A DNA stretch of 62,968 bases, the filler included, from Hyphochytrium catenoides (lineage: Eukaryota > Protista > Hyphochytriomycota), in NCBI GenBank assembly GCA_900088475.1. It is 9 parts of 9 records of this genome, joined end to end, with 100 filler letters (N's around TTAATTAATTAA, not from the genome) between each part and the next. Parts side by side here need not be neighbours in the genome. Positions count along the whole stretch, not along the records: positions 1 to 28,767 come from FLMG01003536.1; 8 more parts are not named here. One strand, 5' to 3'. Numbering within the stretch: the first letter of the stretch is position 1; every line of letters starts with the position of its first letter. The position numbers were made by a program, and so were the translations under genes. Shown piece after piece: positions 1-10,493 of the stretch. The notes below the pieces were generated by a model. The model searched no databases and was not told the origin of the DNA. It saw only the letters and a program-made list of their open reading frames with translations.

Positions 1-1198
1 AGACAGAGCACCTTCTCTCTCTCTCACTCTCTTGAGATCTGCTTCAGTCTCTCCTCTTGAGATCTACTGCATCAGATTCTCATACTACAACCGTCGTTGA
101 ACTTATTTATTAGATTCTTCCCATTCTTTCATCTTCATCTTCGTCGTCCCGTTCTTGACGCTCTCTGTCTTTTGGGCTATCGAAGAAAAAGTGGATGACC
201 GTAGCCTTTCCCGGAAAAGCATCAATGCACTCTCCAGCCATTGCGCTGCAGCAACAGTAGCTGTCGCGTTTGCAAGCGGGCTATTTCAGATCATGAGGTG
301 GCACTAATAAATACTAAGGGATATCTGATTCCACATTAACCTCACAAGGTCTGTGTATGCCTTGCAAAGATTGTGAGCGACAACTTGTCTTCTAGGCTGA
401 CTTAGTCCCTACTTATGCATGCAGATAGATGTGTTTGGAACCTCAACAGTCGTCTCCGAGACTTGCAAGCTGGAGGCAAACATGTATCAGTTGGGCTTAA
501 CAAGGAGGAGGAATTCATATCCCCAGCAGAAGTACTTGCAGGATTTGGAGACTAGTCTGGTGATGCGGTTTGTCAAGACACATCTCTATGAAAACTCGTT
601 AGGTTCTGAAGGCAACCTGCATCTCCAACGAGACGACGAACAGAATTAGCACCGAAGAGTCAGTAGTAGTACTAGCGTGGGTGCTTGTTCTGTCAGCAAA
701 TATTCTCAGCGGCACCATCAGTTACATCGAGCAAGACGACACATCGTCAAGCCGAAATAGTTCTTCTCATAACAGATAAAAGTCTTATTGAGAAGCTGAC
801 GTTCATTTGTGCTTCTCATCTCGGCGGTTAAGCGAGGGATTGCGGCGCAAGAACTTTGGCGTGCAAGGTTCCGGAGGCAGTACTCTATGCTAACTGTTTA
901 GTCTTTATGTCCCACCATCAGGTGGTGGCCTTCCATCTCCACCTTATTTGGATGTAGAAGAGCCATCGTGACGCAGAGGTGGTTGCTTATGAGCTAGAGA
1001 TCACGTTAAGCTCTGTCTCAGAGTGCTAAAGCCTTACTTAGTGAGGTATGGTAAAGTGCTGATCCGACTGGACGGAGCTAAAGGAAAGAGGAAAGCAAGT
1101 AAGCAAAGGAAGAGCTTTATTGATCAAGGCAAGAGAGTATTCATATTGATTCTTTTATTAGAAGATCAAGGCAAGAGAGTACTGATCAAGTTGTGGCC

Positions 1199-3832
1199 TT
1201 ACCCTTCCATTAACACCTTAAGGGAAGGTAGAGTTGTCACTCGCTGAATAAGGAGATCTTCATGCCGAACAATATGGCTTATGCGGAAATATAAGAAGAA
1301 CCCCACATAGCTGTGAGCAACTCCAGCCACAAAAAAGAAGAGAAACATCGAGGCGTTCACGAAGGTTGGGTCGCTGGAAAGCCTATTCCACTGGGGGCTG
1401 AGGGCGAACAAGAATATGCCTGCGCCCAAAAACATCATAGCGGCGCCACCACAGTACAGTACCCTCTGCAATAATCTGCAGTTGATGGACGAACCTTCAC
1501 TTTCAGGAATTTTTTTCTTAAGAAGCCCTCCCTTGTCCGTTTTATACAGCTGAGCCATTATGGCATAGTATGCATACCCAGTCCCTGTCAGCCAAAAGCC
1601 TGGGAAACTTGACGCCTTCACAGCCTTAAAAAACAGATCAAGGTTTTGTGCGACCATACGCTCCTCGTGCTGTGGAGAAAACTTGTATTTTTGAATCTGC
1701 TGCTTCATGCTGTCAATGGTCAAAGATTTGGTCTTGGATATCGTCCTGTTGTTCCAGTATGCTTGCGAGGTTAATGACTGTATAGTCTTGCTGGTCATCA
1801 CCAGGATATGGAATGCATGATGCTGGGGCTCCAAGAAGATCTGACACAGCAGCTGCCGAGTGTAGATCTCATACCACAGCGTTTTGTACCTTGATCCCCG
1901 ATCTTTCTTATGAATTGGAAGTTTCCCGGACACTATTGCCAGGACTTGTGAGCTAAAATCCATTAGTTTGTCAAACTTGTTCTGAGCGATGTATATTTTC
2001 TTCAAGAGTTCCAGAGAGTCACGTATATCACAATGAGCTGGACTTAAGATGCGAAACTGTGACAGCAAGCACTCCTCGAGCAGGATCTGTGCTCTTTCTA
2101 TGTTGCTAATCTTGTCGTCATTATCATTGTCTGATCTCTCCGGAGTGACACCACTGTGCCACTTTTGCTGCTCAGTAGACTGACCATTGTTGATCAAAGG
2201 AAGTTCTTCCACGGTGCTAACGCGGTCAAGGACGTCCGCCTGGAAAAACAGGGTCCTCTTGATGCTATCGAACCACCCACCAGTCTTCTTTTTGCCAAAC
2301 CGAACATAGTCCGTGTAGTACAGAAGGGCCTGAACAAATTTTGCATAGAGCTGTCGTGGATGGTTTTCATCCTCGAAATAGCCGTCGGACTTCTTACATC
2401 CAAATCTTTTGACAATCCTCTGGACCTCAAGCTTCAGTTCTGCGATCTGTCTACCGTCAAGATTTTCAGATCTAATCATGCACTCGAAATAGAAGAGGGC
2501 TACTTGGAGGGCAACTGGATGGTCCTTCAATTCACTTCGAGCACAGTCTTCCCGCAACTTTTCAAAGCCTTCTTTGGCTTTTTGGTAAGCTCCCATTCTC
2601 ATCAGGGTCCACCAGTATTCAGTCTTTATCCGAATTTGCCATTGCTGCAGAGAGCCGTCTTGGATCATAGCCAAGAAGTCTCCAGCGTCATCATGAGATG
2701 TCGATTCAGCCGCTACCAGAAAGATCTTGCTTGCCACATCAAGGAGTTCTGCCTGAATCATTTTAAAGTGGTGATCTGAGCTGCCAATACTTCCCAGCGC
2801 GCTCAGAAGGAAAGCACCGACGAGTCGCTTAATATACCATGAATTGCCCTCTTTGACGCGCTCCAAAAGGTTGTTTAAAGCTGTGACGTTAGTCTGGAGC
2901 GTGACAAAACTGGCATCGCAGAAAATAGCGTCACGGAACCTGATTTCAGTTCCAAAAAGCTGTTTTCTGGCCCATTCGTATCTGTCATGAGAGCTTTTCT
3001 TTTTCTGTTCCTCATCATCTGACAGGCGCGCACAAAGTTCTTGACCACCGGCTTTCAATACCACCATGAACACGCCATCTTCGTTTAAAGGAAGGCTAAA
3101 CGTGGTAAATTTAAGCTTGTCGAGGGCGGGAGCCTCCTTTAGAAGATAGTAGCCGCGGAGCTGCAGTTGTAGCTCGCAAACATGTCCGGTACCGACGTGG
3201 CGAAGATTGATCTTAACATCCCTGTAGCCACCAGGGATAGGCTCCGTTGAACCGAGAGTGTTCTTCACACGGACCAAAACAAATGAATCTGCAACGACCC
3301 TCTGCGAATCCCGGATGGTAGCTCGTACAATTTCGTTGAATGATACTAGCAGATCCTCAGGTTTCTCGAAGAGTAATGTGGCACGGACGATGTCTATGAC
3401 TTGTGCGAAATCACCTTTGTAGTCGTTCTGTGCCTTTTGGGTTATTCTTGCTCCTTGTTTTAAAGGACCGTAAATGAGGGTACAATCTTTATTCCGCTGC
3501 CTGGACTGCTCCAAGAGAAAGGCGTCGAATGAGACCTTCACTTGACGGGCATCAAGAATCAGAGGATCGGCGGATTGAGTCTTATCGTGATGATAATGGC
3601 GGATCTTCTTCTCGGTAACCCTCATATCACCCAGCATTCCGCTACCATCAATTGCTGCTTTAACGGTCCCATGGTAAAGTGCATCGTAGTTCGTTGCGTC
3701 CGCAATGGTCTTGCTTACAATGTCTAAGGTTGTCTCCAGAAGACTTATGTAGCTGCTGATGTCTTTCTGATCGCCCAACGACGGCGGAAGGGCCTGGGTA
3801 AGGTGTCCGATTGGGACAGTCTTGACAGACAT
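1199..3832 (-). CDS. RelA/SpoT (small alarmone synthetase-like) nucleotidyltransferase domain + TPR-like helical region + C-terminal transmembrane helices, 877 aa, intronless
   Basis: Synthetase motifs occur in the expected order: GPLKQGARITQKAQNDY (Syn1), VIDIVRAT (Syn2), RVKN, GGYRDVKIN (Syn3), HVCELQL (Syn4), then HDRYE. TPR-like segments follow (DHPVALQ, NHPRQLY, LLEECLLSQFRILSPAHCDIRDSLELLKKIY). Two strongly hydrophobic segments lie near the C-terminus (VLYCGGAAMMFLGAGIFLFAL; SMFLFFFVAGVAHSYVGFFLYF). Confidence 0.8.
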   Translation of the reverse strand: MSVKTVPIGHLTQALPPSLGDQKDISSYISLLETTLDIVSKTIADATNYDALYHGTVKAAIDGSGMLGDMRVTEKKIRHYHHDKTQSADPLILDARQVKVSFDAFLLEQSRQRNKDCTLIYGPLKQGARITQKAQNDYKGDFAQVIDIVRATLLFEKPEDLLVSFNEIVRATIRDSQRVVADSFVLVRVKNTLGSTEPIPGGYRDVKINLRHVGTGHVCELQLQLRGYYLLKEAPALDKLKFTTFSLPLNEDGVFMVVLKAGGQELCARLSDDEEQKKKSSHDRYEWARKQLFGTEIRFRDAIFCDASFVTLQTNVTALNNLLERVKEGNSWYIKRLVGAFLLSALGSIGSSDHHFKMIQAELLDVASKIFLVAAESTSHDDAGDFLAMIQDGSLQQWQIRIKTEYWWTLMRMGAYQKAKEGFEKLREDCARSELKDHPVALQVALFYFECMIRSENLDGRQIAELKLEVQRIVKRFGCKKSDGYFEDENHPRQLYAKFVQALLYYTDYVRFGKKKTGGWFDSIKRTLFFQADVLDRVSTVEELPLINNGQSTEQQKWHSGVTPERSDNDNDDKISNIERAQILLEECLLSQFRILSPAHCDIRDSLELLKKIYIAQNKFDKLMDFSSQVLAIVSGKLPIHKKDRGSRYKTLWYEIYTRQLLCQIFLEPQHHAFHILVMTSKTIQSLTSQAYWNNRTISKTKSLTIDSMKQQIQKYKFSPQHEERMVAQNLDLFFKAVKASSFPGFWLTGTGYAYYAIMAQLYKTDKGGLLKKKIPESEGSSINCRLLQRVLYCGGAAMMFLGAGIFLFALSPQWNRLSSDPTFVNASMFLFFFVAGVAHSYVGFFLYFRISHIVRHEDLLIQRVTTLPSLKVLMEG

Positions 3833-4379
3833 TGTTCCTTCTTGGCTGAGACTTCGCTGTCTAGAGGCAACTTGTTAAGTGAGAGGAGAGCTGGCAAGTA
3901 GACTACCGTGTGATGGTGTTAGCATATATTCCATAACGTTCTAGCAAGTGATGTAAGTTCATCTTCTCCGCGACTCCACCTGGGTACTGCAGCTTCCACG
4001 TGTTTCTTGATGGCATTGGAAACATCAACCCCCATGCAACAACTAAGGTAGACACAGTGCTGATGGTGAGACGATAGACTGTAGTAGAGCTCCAGATAAT
4101 GCCACAGAATCACTAAGGTTATGGTGGGACTGATGTTTCATTCAAAAACTATGTACTCCGTAATAACCCTCTAGTGTTCAGACAGCAGGCTGCGAGTGAG
4201 ATGGACCTTTCACTATTAACTAGTTGTTTATTGTGACCGCATGTTCCTTCGTGGTAGATGACACTGAGGCACGGGTGAGACCGCTTTGGTCTCTCCTTTT
4301 TTGTAAGGACTCGAAGGATGCGGTAACTCCCTTGAACGGCCTCAGGCCGCCTCACATCAGTGAGGAGATACCCACGAGA

Positions 4380-5010
4380 ATGTAGGTGTGGTATCTCGCT
4401 GATGAAGATTCTGTGTATTTCAAGGGAGTTACGGCATTCTCTTGGTTCAGAGGGGCGTTACAAAGGAGATGGCGTCACAAGCAACGATCAACAGCAGGCC
4501 CCCTATCGGCGTGCGGGGTGGCCCTTGACCTTTTTAGACCGTAAAAAAACGGAAGGCATCGCCGAGGCCATCAGTGAAAAGTGGCATAGAAACCACCAGT
4601 GGAAGTCGCCGAAACCATCGGTAACATGAGGTTAGGGCAGCCTCGTTTACCGGTTGTTGATGTGGGATGAATCGATGCAAACCCAAACGGAATATCTTTA
4701 GAGTGGCCTTTAATTAACTACGGAGGTAACAATTACTTTATTATAAAAGAAAAAATAATTGGTAACCTTAGCAGTAGTTGGGTGCTGCCGATTGTTTCTG
4801 TAGGGCTTCCTAATATCCCTGTCCCTGTCAACTTTCATTTGGGCGGGGCCCAAACTCCAATCCTGCACACTTCAAACCCATTTCTATGGAGAACACGGAA
4901 GACAAGAAGGACGTTATGCTCGTAACTCCTTTGTAACGCCACCAAACCAGAAGGATGCTGTAACTCCCCTTGAAACGCCCCAACCCTCAGCCCTTCGATT
5001 CCACACATAA
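4380..5010. repeat. Diverged inverted repeat pair (core arms ~4421-4474 and ~4921-4972)
   Basis: The reverse complement of 4421-4474 (cgccatctcctttgtaacgcccctctgaaccaagagaatgccgtaactcccttg) aligns with 4921-4972 (cgtaactcctttgtaacgccaccaaaccagaaggatgctgtaactccccttg). Weaker similarity extends outward. Confidence 0.7.
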
Positions 5011-6159
5011 GTCATGACTGCCATGTAACCTCCTTTGCTTGCTCCGCCCCATCCCTAACTAAAAGGAGAGTTCATTTATGATGAACACTACTTGCTTACC
5101 CTGAGGTTGAGGTTGATGGTGATGACATTGTCGGTGATGGTTCACCTCCTCCTCCTTCTTCTCCACTTATTATTATTACAGAGGCCTAGCTTAGGGCATG
5201 ATGACCCAATCCCAGCATCCCTGCCTCCCTTTAGAGCAGGGGCAGTAGCAGACAAGGGGCAGGGCACCCCAAGCGGGCGGTGCCAATGTAACCTCACTGG
5301 AGGCCTCACCACCCATACAGCCATCGATAAAAAAAAAAGAAAATTTTACTACGGACGAAATCAATTATGATGATTGCTGTTCACTGCTGAGGAGAGTGGA
5401 GGAGATCGAGCCGCGCTCTTGAAGGATAGCAAGGGCCTTAGCGACATCCTCTAGCGTGCCAATGAGAGTGCCATCATCAAGGTACGACAGGTGGAGGTCC
5501 AAGGAAGGTACAGATGTGGCAATTTCAGGATTACGGGGTCGCATGGAGAGCGGGCAACAATCTTGCAGTGGAACCTGTCACGTAAGCCCGCTGAGATGCG
5601 TACCGCATCCCTCTCCAAAACAACTAGATGGAGAAAGGAAGCGCCGAATGGGAATGCCCAGCGGATGGTGTTGCCAGGAAGCCCAAGGCTTCTCTCAACT
5701 AGCACTCGGCTTAGAGAGGCCGACTGGCCGAGGACGCCTGCGGTAAGAACAGAAGGGAGAGCGAGAAGGTAAGCTGCCAAGCGGTCTTTGCTTAATTTCA
5801 TCACTAATCAAAGGAGAAGTAAGAGAAGAAGAAGAAGAAGACTTGAAGAACAAAAGAACAAGAAAGAGAAGAAGAAGAAGAGACAACAAGAGCTACAACG
5901 TCTTGATCTCTTCGTCAACTCCATCTTTTCCACCTTCATTATCAGAGAAGAAGATTCATAGTTGACGTTTTAGGAGACTTTTCGCCTTAGCTACAACTAC
6001 TCATAGAAGGAGGAGGAGAAGAAGAAGAAAACGGAAGAAGAAAGGAAGAAGAAGACAAGAAAAGGAGACCACCGTCACTGCAGAGCGGTTCTTATTCAAC
6101 CTTCCCGCTCCACACTCCTTATTTCAAAAGGAACCTTTTATCTCAAGGAAGAATAATGC

Positions 6160-6600
6160 TCTACTCGCTGCTACTACTACTACTACTTGGAAGGAGGAGG
6201 AGGAGAAGAATGAGGAGGAGAAGAATGGAAAAAAGAGGAAGTAGAATAGGAACGAAGAAGAAAAAAACAAGAGCTACATAGCCTTTATCGCTAAATAAAC
6301 CGACTATAGCCGCTCCACACTCGTTATCATAATAAGGAAGAATCATTGTTGACTTCTTCTGTAGAACAAGAGGAGAAGGAGGAGGAAGATGAAGCGCCGA
6401 TGACAGTGTCATAATCATGTTCAATTAGGCAAGCAACCGAAGGGTCCAGCTGCTGAAGAGGAACATGCTACAGAATCCGAAGCGCATTACCTTCATGAAT
6501 AGCCAAAGAGACTGCGGCACGGAGGCGCAAAGCCCTAGCCAGGCGAGACCAAGGAGTAATAATATGCCTAGTAGAAGCATCAAGAAATGATCGATCACTC
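6160..6600 (-). mobile_element. Degenerate 3' end of a non-LTR retrotransposon (RLE/CRE-like), family A
   Basis: The minus strand of 6422-6520 reads AAVSLAIHEGNALRIL*HVPLQQLDPSVACLIE. This matches the copies at 11880 and 12490 and resembles the end of CRE-type RLE ORFs (RLSvAlqrGNA..I). A CTT-rich tail follows. Confidence 0.6.
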
Positions 6601-6944
6601 CTTCTCAAACCGTGTTTGATATTGTCTTATATTTCACTAGTAGACTATTGTTTTATATATGCATGATAATCGCTACGCTGAAACCAATAACTACTAAGAG
6701 GAAGAAGCAAGAGAGAAAGGAATAAGAGGAAGAAAGAAGAAGAGTGAGGATGAAGAAGGGAAAGAGAAAGAAATAAGAGGAAGAAGAAGAGAAAAGAAAA
6801 GCCTATAAAGCCTTGAGCTCTTCCTCATCAGCTCGATCTGCTCCATGCTCATCATCAATAAAGGAAGAGTCATAGTTGATTTCCTCAGTAATGATGGGCG
6901 CCGCCCATGTTAAGATTGAGCCATAACCTTGCTACAGAGCTGGT

Positions 6945-8399
6945 TTACGGTTGAGTTGGCATTACCTTAGTCACAGCTTTAGCTGTTTCGATATTGAAAT
7001 TCTCCCGCCGCCGTGAGACGGATGTCGGGGTTAGTTGTTTCGCAAAATGTGCACAGATTTTGCACTCTCTATGTGAAAGTTCACTGCTTTGCGAGGAGGG
7101 AAAGTGTTTCAGTGGTGCGCTCTCTCGCTGGAGAAGCTTGATCAGGAGGACACGCTGATTGGGGTTCTCACGGTTGCGGAACACGTAGTAGACCCAAATG
7201 TATCTGAATATAAGGACAAAGGCTGCCAGGTAACGTGCCGTAGCGTCGAAGGCACTACTTCGCCGGTAGTAGGCATCCCCAACAATCTCAGCGTCGCATA
7301 AAGAGCAGGACTCACGTCTTGACAGACCTAGACAGTTGTCTGCGACGCAAGCTTGGCGGTCCAAACCGTAGAGATAGCTCGAAATGACGACGAGTACTCC
7401 CTGTATGATGAGGAACAAGAAGCAGCCAACGAAGTGTATATCGAATATAGTCATATAAGGAACCTTTGGCAAGGCGTCCTGGGAGACAAACTTGAACGCC
7501 ACTTCTGTCAGGAACACGTTGACTAGCACGCTTAGGCGGTCGGAAAGGTCACTCAGGTCGATGAAAAAGGTTGCCAAACTCAAAACGTCTGCGACAGCTA
7601 GAAGTCCCCCAAGGTTGATGACTACACTCTTCCACTCTCGCCTTAGGCCAATGTGAACATAATACATATCCAGGTCGTCATCCTTCTCTTGCCCTATCAC
7701 TTCTGGCGCTCGTTCTCCAGCTACTTCGGGAAAATCTTGCGTGAGAATACCCGTTTCCTTCCATCGATGGGGCACGGGGTGGCCTATGATGTGATCATTG
7801 ACATCCCATTCTGGGAGTAAGTCAGCATCAGTGGACAGAGCGTGACCTTTCCTATCACGATATGTGCCCATCGGCAGCTGACAAAACTCTACGGTAGGCC
7901 GATCCGTTGATCCGAAAACCGCAGCCACGCGAACTCTCAGCCGTATCGTTAGCACTTGGACATCAAAGGGGTAACCATAGACCAAATACGGCTGCGTTAA
8001 AGTCAAGCGACGTCTAATGGTTGCTGTACACCGCGTTTGCTCTCCATTTTTACCTGTCTTCACTTTCATGTTCTCCGCAATCATTGCTATAACAGATGCC
8101 TCCGTTTCGTGGCCACTAGTGCTCAAGTCATTGAGAACCTCAACAAATGGGATGAAGTGGTCCCGCCATTGTTCTTCCGTTGATGGAAATCCCTCATCCT
8201 TCCTATTGACCACCGAGTCGTCTATCCAATCGAGCATTAGTAGAAAATCATCGCAATTGAAGGTTTGGTTGACGACATCAACGTTGGAAATGCAGGACAC
8301 CTTGACGGTGACCGTAACCTTTGGCGCGGTGATCTTCCCTTTCCGGCCACCGTCGCGATCTTTGTAGTATTCAACATATCGTCTACCCAGCAGACTCAT
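6945..8399 (-). CDS. Cys-less (Pro-loop) pentameric ligand-gated ion channel subunit, 484 aa, apparently intronless
   Basis: Beta1-2 VTVKVSCISNVDVVNQTFNCDDFLLMLDWID, Pro-loop YPFDVQVLTI, LPEWDV, pre-M1 Arg (GLRR), M1, M2 SDRLSVLVNVFLTEVAFKF, M2-M3 LPKVPYMTIFD, M3 and M4. Confidence 0.92.
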   Translation of the reverse strand: MSLLGRRYVEYYKDRDGGRKGKITAPKVTVTVKVSCISNVDVVNQTFNCDDFLLMLDWIDDSVVNRKDEGFPSTEEQWRDHFIPFVEVLNDLSTSGHETEASVIAMIAENMKVKTGKNGEQTRCTATIRRRLTLTQPYLVYGYPFDVQVLTIRLRVRVAAVFGSTDRPTVEFCQLPMGTYRDRKGHALSTDADLLPEWDVNDHIIGHPVPHRWKETGILTQDFPEVAGERAPEVIGQEKDDDLDMYYVHIGLRREWKSVVINLGGLLAVADVLSLATFFIDLSDLSDRLSVLVNVFLTEVAFKFVSQDALPKVPYMTIFDIHFVGCFLFLIIQGVLVVISSYLYGLDRQACVADNCLGLSRRESCSLCDAEIVGDAYYRRSSAFDATARYLAAFVLIFRYIWVYYVFRNRENPNQRVLLIKLLQRESAPLKHFPSSQSSELSHRECKICAHFAKQLTPTSVSRRRENFNIETAKAVTKVMPTQP

Positions 8400-10493
8400 C
8401 GCTAATCCACCTTGACCGGCGAATATTGTCGCTGAACTCTGGTAAATTTGGTGGCCAGCTCTGCGATTATCACAAAAGGAGGTCCCGATGAAGCAGAGTG
8501 AGAAAATAGCTATTTGATGAGTAGCAAGAGGATGCGCTTAGAGCAGAGGTCTACTCGTCGAACCAAGCCACTTTGCTTCACGGACGCTTAGGTTTTTGAA
8601 ATCGTTCTCGCGCGTGTTATAGATGTCGTGCGATGTTAAGGTGGCCGCTCTTCGTGTAGAAGGACGCGGTACAGGGAGGATGGGCGGAAGGACAAAAGGA
8701 GCCTAGCACTATCGAAAGGTTGGTGGTTCCAAACGTTATAACCTCGATTTACTTTCCCTCGAACGGTAGAATGGCCCGCACAGCAAGAGGAGAATGGACC
8801 CTGCCTTCGCCCGTTTTTCCGTCCGCAAACTATCGATGGAAGAGGATAAAGTAAAAAATACTTGAGGTGTGATTCTTCTGCTTTCTCTTTTATAAAAAAA
8901 GGGGGTGGGGGGGAGGTGGGCCGTTAATACTCTACTGTGTCAACCTGGGGAGTTACGAACTGACATTGTCTATTTTTTTTTTCGATGTAGGGAATAGCCT
9001 TTTATCAATTTTGCTACTACTCAAAAGAAGAGGGGAATAAGGACTATGAAGTAAAATGGGGAAGAAGATGATGGAGATGAAAGAAAGGAAAATGGGAAGA
9101 GGGCGAAGAGACAGAAAAGCAAAACGCCGTGCTCTCGTTCTTTCGTCCTCAGCTCGATCTCCTCCATGCTCATCATCAGTGAAAGAATTCAAATTTTTGG
9201 TTGGTAGTTCTAATGTTATTAGCCTTAGAACCAATTACATAGATTTTTCATGGCTGTATTGCGTCCTCTGGGGAGCCTTGCGCCTTGTCTGCCACTGCCC
9301 CTGCTCTAAAGGAGGCAGTTATTTTCTGGGGGTGGGTATGTGCGCTGTGGCGGCCGTTGTTGTGTCCCTCGGTTGGTGCCTCAGCTGTTATAGAACCAGC
9401 GGTGGGTCGGTCAGCAGGAAGAGGGCGCTCTTGTTAGCTCTTGTTGTTGCTGCTCTTTGGTGTGGTCAAATTTGTCTCTGAAAGACGTTCGTCCGTTATG
9501 TGGTGGAGTGTCCCCCTTGTTGCTGCTGGCGGTTGTTGTCTTCTGCCACGTTGGTGACCTATATAATTCTGTGTCTCTCCTCTCCCTGTCACTCCGGCTC
9601 TTGTCAGTCTCAGCACCAGCCGCTCCATAACTCCTATCATAAACCTGTTATTAGTAATTCAATACATGTGCTTTTTATGTAATTTTTTATATGTAATCTA
9701 TAAATAATACAAACCAAGAAAACCGGTAAATATAGGGCTCTTTTAGCCAACAAGATAGAAAGCTGACCAAGATTCGCCATCTTTTCTAGTAGGAACTAGT
9801 GTGTAGACTGCCGTGTGCTACATTTATCTCCAAGGAGGTTCTTGCAGTTTGTGGTCTAACTTGCAGGTACAACAAGGCTGCGTTATAAGGACGAACTGAG
9901 GCGAACAATGAGCCAATGCTTGTTCCTCTGCTAAAATAATACAAAAGGATGAGATCGGGGTCGAAACCTCTGAAGCATGGAGATGCTGACCGTCGAAGCC
10001 TCTCAATAGCATGGAGCTCCTCCCAAAATGTGATCTCTAATTGTCGTTGCAAAGTACTTGCTCATGTGTGTTTATGAACAAGTACTTCGGTCGTAGGTTG
10101 TGAATATCGGGTCTGTGGGATGTTTGTGAACAGCTTTGCATGTGATTCTCTTTCCAGACGGACTCTCTCATCAGTCGCGTAGCTGAATGACTATCGGCCA
10201 ACAAAGAATGATGATATCAAGAGACAATCAGGTCTGATAGGCCCAGTAGCGGCATACGACTTACTTCTCCACGAACTGCCCCGCTACCTTTCTCATAAAC
10301 CGATAACGAACCTCCTATACAAGCTGGACTGACCAACGCGCTTCCTCGGCGTTAACAAAGCCGACTCACTTTCCTTTCTGCTTCTGAAGCGTGAGGACTC
10401 ATTGCTGATGTCCGCCGACCCTGTGTCCTCCTCAGCATCACTGATCAAAGCTGAACCCATAATCAGGCTTCGCCCGATATATATATATATATA

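Noticed and set aside
1122-1190. Direct repeat gatcaaggcaagagagta just past the RelA/SpoT-like stop codon
   Set aside because: Two 18-bp copies only; ordinary slippage with no support for a function.
2156-2779. 207-aa + strand ORF (also 14249-14767, 15334-15888 and 8017-8367)
   Set aside because: Antisense shadows of well-supported minus-strand genes, with no motifs of their own.
1199-8399. Bacterial contamination as the source of the intronless RelA/SpoT-like and pLGIC genes
   Set aside because: The same gap-free stretch contains intron-bearing nocturnin and fungalysin genes and eukaryotic retroelement remnants, and the gene spacing is not operon-like.
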